Source of the DNA: a virus
Reading direction: 5' to 3' (one strand)
UHGV virus genome: UHGV-0197718
Length of the DNA: 33,519 bases
Below the pieces are notes generated by a model. The model saw only the letters and a list, made by a program, of their open reading frames with translations, was not told the origin of the DNA and did no database searches. Position numbers and translations under genes: made by a program. Of this stretch, positions 16,187 through 25,340 are shown one piece after another; the first letter of the stretch is position 1; every line of letters begins with the position of its first letter.

Positions 16187-16594
16187 ATGAAATCCATCTG
16201 CTCCGATGACCACATGCCGGATGTTTTAACTGTCTGGAGATGGAGACATGAGCGGGAAGAGTTTTGTAAAATCATTCAACGCGCGCGGGAAGCGCAGTCG
16301 GAAGCTATGATTGACGCCTGTCAGGAGCTGGCCGACGAAGCCGCGAAAGTCGCCTTGGACCCGGAATGCGGCTCCGCCTCCGTCGCCGCGAAGAAGCTCG
16401 CCATTGAAACCCGGCTGAAAGTCGCCGCCCGCTTCGCGCCGGAGAAATTCGGAGACCGGGTCCGCCAGGACGTCGCCGGCGTTCCCGGTGCGCCGCTGGA
16501 ACGGAAAATCACGCTGGACCCCGAGCAGCTAGCCCAGCTGCAGGAAGACGAGAAAACCGCGCTGGAAACCATCGCCGGCAAACTCCATCCCTAA
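16187..16594 (+). CDS. terS: terminase small subunit (conserved N-terminal HTH is upstream of this ATG with no in-frame canonical start; see findings)
   Basis: Frame continues upstream as ...KPGRPSLYTEELAAEIATRLANGET-MKSICSDDHMPDVLTVWRWRHEREEF, the characteristic terS N-terminal DNA-binding signature (GRPxxYTxE...SICxxxxMPxxxTVxxW). Confidence 0.65.
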   Translation: MKSICSDDHMPDVLTVWRWRHEREEFCKIIQRAREAQSEAMIDACQELADEAAKVALDPECGSASVAAKKLAIETRLKVAARFAPEKFGDRVRQDVAGVPGAPLERKITLDPEQLAQLQEDEKTALETIAGKLHP

Positions 16595-16609
16595 CCCGTC
16601 AGGACACGG

Positions 16610-17974
16610 TTGCCCGTCAGCTTCTTTCTGCGCCATATCCTCCGCCTCAACCCCTATCCCTGGCAGGTGGAGGCCATCAAGGCGTTGTCCCTGGGCAAGC
16701 TGACCCTGGGAGGGAAAAGCGTGGCTCTGGTCGCTCCTAACGGATCCGGCAAGACAAGCAACTGCATCGCTCCCGCCATCCTGTACTTTCTCACCTGTTT
16801 TCCGCGGGGACAGGTCCCCGTTACGTCCTCATCGTGGATGCAGGTGGAAAAGCAGCTCTTTCCCGCGCTCCGCCGCTACATGGACAATCCTTTCTTTTCC
16901 GGCTGGACCTTCAACAAGACGGAGATCCGCACGCCGGAGGGAGGCTTTGCCGTGGGATTCTCCACCGACAACGCCGGACGGGCGGAAGGGTGGCATCCGA
17001 AAATCTCGCCCGACGTGGACCCGGTCTTTTACGTCCTAGACGAGTCCAAGACCATTCCCGACTCCATCTTCACCGCTGTTTCCCGCTGCACGCTCTTTCA
17101 CGCATTCATCACCTCGTCGCCGGGTGCCGATTCCGGCACCTTTTACGACTGCTTTCACAAAAATTCATCCCTTTACTACAAAATCCGCGTCAAATACGAG
17201 GATTGCCCGCACATCGAAATCAACGATCCAGGCAAGGCCGAACGCCTGAAAAAAGAATACGGAGAGCAATCCTCCTTTTATCGGTCCGCCATCCTCGGCG
17301 AATTCACCGACCTTGACGGACAATCCGTCATCTCCCGCCGCTCCCTCATGGAGCTGGTCAACAACCCGCCTCCCTTCCTGGACACAGGAGAGACCTGCGG
17401 CGGCTTCGACTTTGCGGCTGGGGGAGACGAAAACGTCTTTGCGGCCGGGCAGGGCAACCGTTTTTTCATCGCCGACCACTGGGCCGACCCGGACACTGTA
17501 GGAGCGCGCGGACGTTTCCGCCGAAAAGCCGCCGAACTCGGCATCTCCGCCGACCGCATCTTTGCCGACGGCGACGGCCTGGGGCTCCCCATCATTGATG
17601 ACTTCCGCGCCGAGGGCTTTCCGGTGCACTCCTACCGCGGCGGGTTTCCGGCGGATGACACACAAGCCTTTGTCAATCTGCGAGCCCAGGCATGGCGGGC
17701 CCTGGCGCGCGCCATTGAGGAAAAAGAACTCATCCTCGACATTGACGAGGACACGATTGAACAGCTGGTCGCGCCGCGGCTCCAGACGGATGCAATAGGC
17801 CGCGTCCGCATCGAAAGCAAGGAAGATATGGCAAGGCGCGGCGTTCGCTCCCCCGACCGCGCCGACGCTCTCGTGATGGCCTGGCACGCGCGCCGGAACA
17901 GCGGACTGGCGCGGACGCTGGGAGCCTGGTACGCCCGGCCCGTGTCATCAAAACGCGCTTACGGGAGATATTAG
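16610..17974 (+). CDS. terL: terminase large subunit (ATPase plus nuclease)
   Basis: Walker A VAPNGSGKTS, Walker B FYVLDESK, C-terminal acidic nuclease-like residues (DFAAGGDENVF); follows terS. Confidence 0.85.
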   Translation: MPVSFFLRHILRLNPYPWQVEAIKALSLGKLTLGGKSVALVAPNGSGKTSNCIAPAILYFLTCFPRGQVPVTSSSWMQVEKQLFPALRRYMDNPFFSGWTFNKTEIRTPEGGFAVGFSTDNAGRAEGWHPKISPDVDPVFYVLDESKTIPDSIFTAVSRCTLFHAFITSSPGADSGTFYDCFHKNSSLYYKIRVKYEDCPHIEINDPGKAERLKKEYGEQSSFYRSAILGEFTDLDGQSVISRRSLMELVNNPPPFLDTGETCGGFDFAAGGDENVFAAGQGNRFFIADHWADPDTVGARGRFRRKAAELGISADRIFADGDGLGLPIIDDFRAEGFPVHSYRGGFPADDTQAFVNLRAQAWRALARAIEEKELILDIDEDTIEQLVAPRLQTDAIGRVRIESKEDMARRGVRSPDRADALVMAWHARRNSGLARTLGAWYARPVSSKRAYGRY

Positions 17975-18022
17975 GGTTGACAATATATCAACGTATCAAT
18001 ATATGAAGATATGTAATTAATC

Positions 18023-18091
18023 GCAGGGTGGTGAAACGGTATCACGCGGGGTTCCTGTCCCCGAATCGAAGGTCCAACTCCTTCCCCTGCA
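18023..18091 (+). tRNA. tRNA-like element, possible tRNA-Arg(CCU), non-canonical
   Basis: Fold by eye: 6-bp acceptor (gcaggg/ccctgc), D-arm gtga/tcac with GG in the loop, 5-bp anticodon stem cgggg/ccccg with loop ttCCTgt (U33, anticodon CCT, purine 37), T-stem gaagg/ccttc with loop tccaact; deviations are G at position 8 and C at position 55. Confidence 0.25.
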
Positions 18092-18217
18092 ACCAAACTT
18101 TTCCTTTCTTTTCGCCGCAGGTTTAACGCCGTCAAAAATATCCTCAACGCCCCGAAGCTGGTCGCCCAACAGGAGACCAGAATCAAGGAGCTTGAAACGG
18201 AACTCACCCGGCGAGCC

Positions 18218-19483
18218 TTGACGGAACAGAGCAGGAAGCCTAACCAGCCCCAATGGTTTGAATACTGGGATCCGTTACAGGGCGCCGACCTGCAAACCCT
18301 GATTGACGCCCGGAACGAAGCGCGGCGGGGAGCCTTTGCCCGCCAAATGCTCATTTGGGACGAGGTCATCTATTCGGACGGCTTGCTGGGCATGCTCTAT
18401 TCCCGGCTCATAGAAAGCGTCTCCATGCAGGGATGGGTGATTGACGCCGCGGACGACAGCCCGGAAGCGCAGAGCCAGAAAAACGCGCTGGAAGAATTCT
18501 ATCAATCCGTCACCGGACTTCAACAGGCTTTCGGGCAGCTGGCTTCCGCCATGTTTTACGGTTACGCCCACCTCCAATACATTGAGGACGCCTGGGGCCG
18601 CCGCTTTGAATTCATCCCCCAACGTTATTGGGTACGACCCGGAGAGTTGAATGAATGGCAGTTTAACCCTCAATGTTACATCGGCGCCGACACCGGCGAA
18701 AGTGTGGAAGAAGAAACGCTCGTCGTCATGGAGCACAGGAATCCCATTCTCTTTCCTGCTACCCGCGCCTCCTTTGAGCGTAACCATGCCAAAGTCACGT
18801 GGGACAACCATATGGACCGCTACGGAAGCGCCCCTGCCATCATCACGGCGCCCAAAGACGCGAGCCCCGACATCATGGACGCGCTGAAACGGGCCTGTGA
18901 GCAGCTTAAATCCGGCGCATCCATCGTGCTGCCTCCAGGCTGCACCGCGGAACCGTTGAAAGCCTCCAACATCAACGAAAACTATTTCCTATCCCGCATC
19001 AACATGGCCGACAAGGACCAGGTGCGGTTTGTGATGGCCGGCACCCTGACCGTTCTGAACGAATCAGGATCCGGCACGCTGGCCGGGGGAGCGCACACGG
19101 ATAGCTGGAATTCGGTCGTCTCCGCGGTCTGTTCCAAGGTCGCCGAAGCTTTTAACGCCGCCATCAGCCCGCTTGTTCTGGGAGACGGCGAACCGCTGGC
19201 CAGGCTCCACATCACCTTTGACACCGTCCAGACGCCGCTGCAGAAGGCCGAGGAAATCGCCGCCCTCGCGGACGGAGGAGTCCGCCCCGAGAAGACCGAA
19301 ATTGAAGAAAAGATCGGCATGTCGATCGAGGACACGCAGGAACCCGTTCCGGTGACGGCGGCGGCTAACAGGGAACCGGAAAAAGCGCTCATTCCGCCCG
19401 ACGCCTACGAGCAGCTTCAGCAAATGATTTACGCCGGACTCATGAAAGGATTTACCGATGATCAGTACGAAACAAATCAATGA
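18218..19483 (+). CDS. portal protein, Mu gp29-like (DUF935-type)
   Basis: Position after terL; N-terminal region WDPLQGADLQTLIDARNEARRG...QMLIWDEV resembles Mu-like portal N-termini; TTG start. Confidence 0.55.
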   Translation: MTEQSRKPNQPQWFEYWDPLQGADLQTLIDARNEARRGAFARQMLIWDEVIYSDGLLGMLYSRLIESVSMQGWVIDAADDSPEAQSQKNALEEFYQSVTGLQQAFGQLASAMFYGYAHLQYIEDAWGRRFEFIPQRYWVRPGELNEWQFNPQCYIGADTGESVEEETLVVMEHRNPILFPATRASFERNHAKVTWDNHMDRYGSAPAIITAPKDASPDIMDALKRACEQLKSGASIVLPPGCTAEPLKASNINENYFLSRINMADKDQVRFVMAGTLTVLNESGSGTLAGGAHTDSWNSVVSAVCSKVAEAFNAAISPLVLGDGEPLARLHITFDTVQTPLQKAEEIAALADGGVRPEKTEIEEKIGMSIEDTQEPVPVTAAANREPEKALIPPDAYEQLQQMIYAGLMKGFTDDQYETNQ

Positions 19484-20570
19484 CCTCTCCCAACCCGCCA
19501 ACGGCTGGTTCCACATCGAGAAGAGCGGGGATCATGACGTCGACTACGGCGAAGGACCCGCCGTGCTGCGCGTCGACGAGCAGGCGATCCAGGACATGGT
19601 GGACGACTTCAACGCCCGCACCTTTGACGGCCCGGGCATGCTCATCGACGGCGACCACCTGAGTCACGACCTTTCCCGCGATACTCGGGCCCTCGGATGG
19701 CTCAAGAGGCTGGACACCTACCGCGACCCTTCCGGCACGCTGGAACTCTACGGCTTCATCGAATGGACGCCGCGCGGCCTAAAGATGCTGCAGGACAAGG
19801 AATACACGCAATCATCCACGGAATACGGCGAAGGCATGACTTTGACGGACGGCGTCTACCGACCGTCGCGCCTGACCGGCTTCGCCCTGACCAACCGGCC
19901 GCGCATCAAGGGAAAGCGGCCTCTGGTCAACCGACAGACTTCCCCCGCCTCCGACGAGGCCGGGGGCGAACCCAAAAGCCCCGAAGAGGGGGAAACAACC
20001 CAGAACACCAATATGGACAACGACGATAGAGAATATCCGTCCAAGGAAATGGACAAGGCCCAGCGGGCCCTGTTCGATTCCCTGCTTGACAAGCTGGATG
20101 TCGAATTTGACGGCACCGACGACATGAGCAGGGCGATCCTCGGACGACTTGATGAACTGCTCTCGCTGGAAAAGCGTGAGAAAGACCACGTGAACGCCGA
20201 AGTGGACGACGCCGTCAGCACGTACGAAAACGCGCTGGACGAGGAAGAACGCGAGGAATTCACGGAAGAACGCCGGGAAGAGCTGAAAAACTCTCTCCGG
20301 GAAAGCCCCGCCGCGCTGAACGCCTTTATCCGCGCGCTCAATCGCCAGGCGGGCCCGCAGAAACAGGAGCAGCCGGAGCAGAAGAAGCTTCCGCAAAGGA
20401 CGCCTCTGAACCGCCGCGCGACGCTGAATCCCCCTGATCCGCTCCGCAAGAAGGAATCCATTGACGGATTCAACAACCGTGTGAACGAACTCATCAAGGA
20501 AGGCATGAAGCGCTATGACGCCTACCAGAAGGCGACCGAAGAGGGCTTCATCGTCTCCGCCCAACGTTAA
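19458..20570 (+). CDS. prohead protease (Mu gpI-like) with C-terminal coiled-coil/acidic scaffold domain
   Basis: NGWFHIEKSG...MLIDGDHLS...GFIEWTPRGLKMLQDKEYTQSSTEYGEG...LTGFALTNRPRIKG closely parallels the Mu I protease family; the C-terminal 200 aa is charged and coiled-coil (scaffold). Confidence 0.7.
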   Translation: MISTKQINDLSQPANGWFHIEKSGDHDVDYGEGPAVLRVDEQAIQDMVDDFNARTFDGPGMLIDGDHLSHDLSRDTRALGWLKRLDTYRDPSGTLELYGFIEWTPRGLKMLQDKEYTQSSTEYGEGMTLTDGVYRPSRLTGFALTNRPRIKGKRPLVNRQTSPASDEAGGEPKSPEEGETTQNTNMDNDDREYPSKEMDKAQRALFDSLLDKLDVEFDGTDDMSRAILGRLDELLSLEKREKDHVNAEVDDAVSTYENALDEEEREEFTEERREELKNSLRESPAALNAFIRALNRQAGPQKQEQPEQKKLPQRTPLNRRATLNPPDPLRKKESIDGFNNRVNELIKEGMKRYDAYQKATEEGFIVSAQR

Positions 20571-20592
20571 TTATTCAACCTGATCAAACCCA

Positions 20593-21024
20593 ATGCCATC
20601 ACTCAACGTAACCCAGAAAAGCGCCATCGTCTATTTCAACGCCCCGGAAGGCGTTGACCTGTGCGGACAGGAAGGAACCGTCGTGGCGCTGACCGCAAAT
20701 CCCGACATCCCTGAATTTGTCGGAACTCCGTTGTCCGCTATCCCCACGCAGGAGCAGCTGCTCGGCGTCGTCCTGCAGGGACAGCCCAACAAGGGGACCT
20801 GCGTCGCCGCGCTCGTCGGCATGTATGCCGGCCTCATCAAGGTGGCTCTATCCGACACGCCCGGAACCATCAACTCCGGAACGCCCGTCACCATCACGGC
20901 CAACGGGACATGGAAGGCCGCCGCCAGCGGAGAAACCGTCTATGCCCGCGTTATTCATGCCAAGTGGGAACAGGGCCTTGTGGAAATCGGATTCGTCCCG
21001 TCCTACCAGGTTGCCGCAGCCTAA
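20593..21024 (+). CDS. head decoration-like protein (lambda gpD-like position and flavour)
   Basis: 143 aa, Gly/Ala/Thr-rich beta protein lying between scaffold and major capsid. Confidence 0.35.
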   Translation: MPSLNVTQKSAIVYFNAPEGVDLCGQEGTVVALTANPDIPEFVGTPLSAIPTQEQLLGVVLQGQPNKGTCVAALVGMYAGLIKVALSDTPGTINSGTPVTITANGTWKAAASGETVYARVIHAKWEQGLVEIGFVPSYQVAAA

Positions 21025-21244
21025 CTATTAACCCTAACCAACAGAAAGACCAAGAACAAGGGCTACTCCATTTTGCTCCGCCGTTCAGTTCACCGATGTC
21101 CTGACCTCCTATTCCGCGGGGTCCGGCAACACCGAAGAGAACTCCATCATCAGCCGCATCGCTCCGATCGTCCCGGTCTATGACCTGAATTTCCAGTACA
21201 AGGTCTGGGACACGGAATCGGCCTTCACCGTCCAGCCCATCCAG

Positions 21245-21985
21245 GTGGGACCGGGCGAACCTCCCCGCCAGACCGTCCTGCGCGGCAGAAACGAAACCGA
21301 CACCCTTCAGGGCTACGGCTTGACGCTGCCCATCCCTGACGCCTTGCTGGGCGTCAACCGGGAAAAGGCGCAGGCCATCACCCTGGCGGAATACAAACTC
21401 ATCGAATCCCAGTTTGTGACGTCGTACGAATACGAACGCGCCAAGCTTCTGATGAGCCAGCTTCCGGCCGCTTCCGGGATGGGTGACTGGGCCAACCAGC
21501 AGAAAAACCCGTTGGCGGATCTGGACCAGGCGATCCTGTCCATCAATGCCGCAACCGGACACATGCCGAACACGATTGTCTTCGGCATCAACGCATGGCA
21601 GCTGCTTCGCTCCAACACGCTCGCGCGTCAGGTGGTTTCCTTCAACAGCGTCGGCCTGTTCAACGAAGACCTTCTTCGCATGGCTCTGATCCGTCCTATC
21701 CGGGATATTTACATCGCGTCCATGCCGTACCGCGACGCTTCCGGCGACGCGAAGACGATCATGGAAAACGAAGTCTACGTCCTGTACAAAGAAGACTCCC
21801 CGACGCAGTTCGATGCCTCCGCCGTCAAAACCTTCGGGCTTTCCGGCAAGCTTCGCCGAGAAGTCATCACCGAATACAAGCCGACGCCGGCCTTGACGCT
21901 CGTCACCAACCGCGTCTACTCGCTGACCAAGCTGACCAACCCCGGCGCCATCGTCCGCATCGACGCGACGGCCACCGGCGATTAA
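21245..21985 (+). CDS. major capsid protein, HK97 fold (lambda gpE-/Mu gpT-like); N-terminus unresolved
   Basis: Segments IAPIVPVYD..., DWANQQKNPLADLDQAI and TIVFGINAWQLLRSN resemble major capsid E-family blocks as I recall them; GTG 21245 is the first canonical start but the frame is open and protein-like back to 21038. Confidence 0.65.
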   Translation: MGPGEPPRQTVLRGRNETDTLQGYGLTLPIPDALLGVNREKAQAITLAEYKLIESQFVTSYEYERAKLLMSQLPAASGMGDWANQQKNPLADLDQAILSINAATGHMPNTIVFGINAWQLLRSNTLARQVVSFNSVGLFNEDLLRMALIRPIRDIYIASMPYRDASGDAKTIMENEVYVLYKEDSPTQFDASAVKTFGLSGKLRREVITEYKPTPALTLVTNRVYSLTKLTNPGAIVRIDATATGD

Positions 21986-22005
21986 CCCTAACGCCCGCCT
22001 CCATC

Positions 22006-22482
22006 ATGTCCGCCTTTCCTGCCTGGTCCACGATTTCCACCGACGAAGCCGATCGGCTGCTCGGTCTCAACACCGCCGAACGCGACGCCCTGGTGACCGC
22101 CGGGGAGCAGCGCAGCCTGGACTACCGGGACGTCATGATGGAGGCGGTCAACGATGTCTGCATGACCATCCGCGGGGCGCTGGCCAACAACCTCGCCCTG
22201 CGGCAATCGCTCCAGAACAGCGGGATGTACGACATCCCGCAAAGCATGCGGTCCCTGGCATGGCCGCTGATCATCCGGCAGCTCTACCTGCGCTACCAGA
22301 TCAACCTGACCGAGACGCGCCAGAAGGCCGCCGAATCGGCGGACGCGATGCTGGCGCTCTACGCCAAAGGGGACATGCTGCCGGAAAGCGTGGACGGTTC
22401 CGCGCCCGCGGATCCCGCCTACATGATGCCGCGCTACACGCGCCGCCCCTGGTTCAACCCCATGCGAAGCACCTACCGATGA
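22006..22482 (+). CDS. hypothetical head completion / head-tail adaptor-position protein (158 aa)
   Basis: ATG 22006 trimmed from track ORF 21595..22482 (the upstream part overlaps the capsid gene); ATGATGA overlap with the next gene. Confidence 0.4.
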   Translation: MSAFPAWSTISTDEADRLLGLNTAERDALVTAGEQRSLDYRDVMMEAVNDVCMTIRGALANNLALRQSLQNSGMYDIPQSMRSLAWPLIIRQLYLRYQINLTETRQKAAESADAMLALYAKGDMLPESVDGSAPADPAYMMPRYTRRPWFNPMRSTYR

Positions 22483-23615
22483 TGACCGCCGCCCAGATGG
22501 AAATGATTGCCAACGACTACGCCGAACGCGCCTTCTTCGTGTCCGGGGTGGAACCCGGCGTCATCCTGTCCGACTTTGAGGACAAGGCGTCCCAGGTCGC
22601 CTCGGGGGCCTTGAGCTACGAGGAAGCGCAGCAGACCATCCGCGAAACTCTGCGCCAGCAGGGCTACCGCCCCCCGGCGACGGGGCAGGGAGGCATTCAG
22701 GATTTGTCCTCCTGGGTCCGCATCCAGGTCGTCATGGAAACAAACGCGGCCATGGCCCACGGTTACCGGAACTGGTACAACTGGACGCAGGACGACGACA
22801 CGGCCGCCTTCAAATTTTACCGCTCCCAGGGCAGGGAAGACCCTCGCTACTGGGCCGAACGCTGGAACCGTGCCCGGGCCGGTCTGGAAGAAGAAGCCAC
22901 GGAAGCGGTATCATCCGGCTTCATCCGCGGAGAAACCGTCGGCTATGCGCTGGCGGCTTCCGATATCTGGATCCGCCTTTCGCGGTTCGGAACTCCCTAC
23001 CCGCCCTTTGACTACCTGTCCGGCATGAACATTGCCCCCGTGGGCGCCGAAGAAGCCCGCGCGGCGGGGCTGGACGTGTCGCGCGTCCGTCCCGCTCCCG
23101 CCAGCTTCAACGCCACCTTGGAAAGCAACGCCAAAGGCGTGACGGAATCCAACAAGAACAAGATCCGCCGCATCCTGAAAGACGCCGTGCGCGTCAAGAC
23201 CGGGAACGACGGCAATACCACCTTTGCCTACACGGACCCGAACGGGACGCGCCCTTATACGGATGCTGAACTGGCGGAACTCCTGACCGGGGATTTCCCG
23301 GAAGAGATTCCCTTGCGCCAGGCCCAGGCCTTCCGCCTAGCGGCAGCCGGGGGAGCCGTGGCCGGAACGCTGGCGGCCCTCTACCTGGATCGACTGCTGG
23401 ACCGCCTGTTCTCCGAGCCGGAAGGCGTCTGGTACGCCCGGCCCGCGGACGTGGCCGCCGCGTCCTCCCGCCAGTATATCCCCGTTTCCCCAAAGGAAGA
23501 GGGGGAATTCACCTGGCTCCTTAATTCCGGGCACGTCAAGAAAGTGGAAGACGTTGCCGGAGCCCTCCGCGTGGAACTGCCCACCCCTTACGTTTTACCC
23601 TCCAAATGGCTGTAA
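22479..23615 (+). CDS. hypothetical virion structural protein (378 aa)
   Basis: ATG 22479 trimmed from track ORF 22260..23615; Trp/Tyr-rich central region; no family recognised. Confidence 0.4.
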   Translation: MMTAAQMEMIANDYAERAFFVSGVEPGVILSDFEDKASQVASGALSYEEAQQTIRETLRQQGYRPPATGQGGIQDLSSWVRIQVVMETNAAMAHGYRNWYNWTQDDDTAAFKFYRSQGREDPRYWAERWNRARAGLEEEATEAVSSGFIRGETVGYALAASDIWIRLSRFGTPYPPFDYLSGMNIAPVGAEEARAAGLDVSRVRPAPASFNATLESNAKGVTESNKNKIRRILKDAVRVKTGNDGNTTFAYTDPNGTRPYTDAELAELLTGDFPEEIPLRQAQAFRLAAAGGAVAGTLAALYLDRLLDRLFSEPEGVWYARPADVAAASSRQYIPVSPKEEGEFTWLLNSGHVKKVEDVAGALRVELPTPYVLPSKWL

Positions 23616-24271
23616 CCGTCCATATTGACCAAACCGCGATTGACCGGGCGTTTGCCGACATGGATCCGTCTGCGGCCCGGCACAAAACCGCCATCCGCAA
23701 GGCCGGCGTCGCCTTGAGCCTGCTCATCCAGGAAACCCTGAGACAGCAGGGCAAGGACTACTACGACGGCGCGGCGGACGCCACCACCATGGAAGAAACC
23801 GCCGAGGGCGTCAGCGTCTCCATCGCCTGGCGCGGCATCGGTCTTCACTGGATCGGCACGCAGGGTTATCTGGGCGGCCCGCTCCGGCCCACGGGGCGCA
23901 CCTCGGAAATCACCGGGAACCCGATCCGGAACCTGGCCATCCCTACCATCAACGCCCCCCGCGGCCATGGCGGGGCCCGGAGCATTTACAGCGCCGGATT
24001 CCGCCGAGAGGACTTGCAATTCATCCCCTCCAAAAACGGAGGACGCAACGGCAATGTGACCGGCGTCCTCATCCTCAAGACGGCACAATCATCTACCGGA
24101 AAGAAAGCGGCCCGCAAGCTGTTCCGGCAGGGAGCCAGAACAGGCGACGTGCTCTACGTGCTGTGCCGCGAAGTCACGATCCCGCCCACGCCGGGAATTC
24201 TCCCGACGATGGACCGGATGGCGCAGCGCGCCGCGGAAACCTACCTCGCCAACATCGGAAACGAACCATGA
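23606..24271 (+). CDS. hypothetical virion morphogenesis / head-tail joining protein (221 aa)
   Basis: Operon position; overlaps its neighbours by 10 and 4 nt. Confidence 0.4.
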   Translation: MAVTVHIDQTAIDRAFADMDPSAARHKTAIRKAGVALSLLIQETLRQQGKDYYDGAADATTMEETAEGVSVSIAWRGIGLHWIGTQGYLGGPLRPTGRTSEITGNPIRNLAIPTINAPRGHGGARSIYSAGFRREDLQFIPSKNGGRNGNVTGVLILKTAQSSTGKKAARKLFRQGARTGDVLYVLCREVTIPPTPGILPTMDRMAQRAAETYLANIGNEP

Positions 24272-24795
24272 TCCCTTCCATCGACCAGACCATGTGCCGG
24301 CGCATCATTGAGCGCCTGAAGAACCTGGGAGCCCTGAACTGCCACATCTTCGAACGTCCCTTTGACCCACAGTACGCCGCCAACGACATCATCATGTCGG
24401 CGATGGGCAACAACGGCGTTGTTCTGGTGTGTCCCGGGGACGCGGCAGAATACCAGGACGGGCACGGACAAACGGAAGCGCCGACGATGTGGCGTCAGTA
24501 TTTCATCATCGCCTCCATTTATCACAACGCGTCCCTGTTCCCGGCGACATGCCTGACGCCTGATTATTATCTTCGGGCGGTGGGGGACGTGATTGAAGAA
24601 GCCCTGTGGAACTGGAATCCTCTTCCCTTTTCCGCACCGGCGATGATGAAACCCAAAATCAAAGGCCGTTTTTCCTCCTCTGCCATCATTGACGGCGAGA
24701 AGAGGCAAATGAACGTTTTGACCGTGGATTACCGTGCCCCGGTTAATATTAACATGAGAAACCATCCGCAATTCAATGAACACATCAACAACTGA
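24268..24795 (+). CDS. hypothetical tail-completion / neck-position protein (175 aa)
   Basis: ATG 24268 (ATGA overlap) trimmed from track ORF 24163..24795. Confidence 0.4.
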   Translation: MIPSIDQTMCRRIIERLKNLGALNCHIFERPFDPQYAANDIIMSAMGNNGVVLVCPGDAAEYQDGHGQTEAPTMWRQYFIIASIYHNASLFPATCLTPDYYLRAVGDVIEEALWNWNPLPFSAPAMMKPKIKGRFSSSAIIDGEKRQMNVLTVDYRAPVNINMRNHPQFNEHINN

Positions 24796-25039
24796 CAAGA
24801 AGGCCGTGCGGAAGAGCGCCCCGAAGCCGGACGAATCTTCCGAAACCGCCGGCAAAACGCCGTCCGCACCGGACGAAAAGAAGAAAACAACTGACAAGAA
24901 GGCCGTGCGGGTCATTCGCACTCGCACCGAACTGGACGGAGGGCTGGTTCTCAGCCTCTCCATGAAAACCGACACCCCGGAACTTCCCGCGCCCGTCGCG
25001 GAAGCTCTGTCCACCCTCAACCTCGTTGACATCAAATGA
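24776..25039 (+). CDS. small Lys/Thr-rich protein containing an internal 24-bp direct repeat
   Basis: acaactgacaagaaggccgtgcgg occurs at 24788-24811 and 24887-24910 (TTDKKAVR twice). Confidence 0.3.
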   Translation: MNTSTTDKKAVRKSAPKPDESSETAGKTPSAPDEKKKTTDKKAVRVIRTRTELDGGLVLSLSMKTDTPELPAPVAEALSTLNLVDIK

Positions 25040-25233
25040 GCAAAGCAACTGCAGCCAACACCGAACCGGAGAAGAAGACGGAGCAGGCCGCCGTCATCGA
25101 CACGAACATTCTCATTCTCGCCAAAGAAGTGAGGATAGGGCGCTCAACCTTCTTGAAAGGGGCGCGCATCCGTGCTACAAAAGAACTCGCTGATAAGCTG
25201 GAAGCCGACGGCAAGGCAACAATCATCTACTAA
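25036..25233 (+). CDS. small hypothetical protein (65 aa)
   Basis: ATGA overlap with the upstream gene. Confidence 0.3.
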   Translation: MSKATAANTEPEKKTEQAAVIDTNILILAKEVRIGRSTFLKGARIRATKELADKLEADGKATIIY

Positions 25234-25340
25234 CCGTTTCAAGCATCAGGGCTACTACATACGATCCCACCTTTACCAACCGCAACGTAACGCCGCAGAT
25301 TACCGGCGTTCTGGCTATTTTCCTCCCCGACGGCATCAAG

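Noticed and set aside
18092-18217. Protein-like open frame upstream of the portal TTG start (…VKNILNAPKLVAQQETRIKELETELTRRAL)
   Set aside because: No canonical start in that stretch, and a high-GC genome makes long open frames common; treated as 5' leader unless homology shows otherwise.
21595-22482. Track ORFs 21595..22482 and 22260..23615 with long N-terminal extensions
   Set aside because: The extensions overlap the upstream genes in other frames; trimmed to internal ATGs 22006 and 22479, which show the ATGA/ATGATGA coupling seen throughout the operon.
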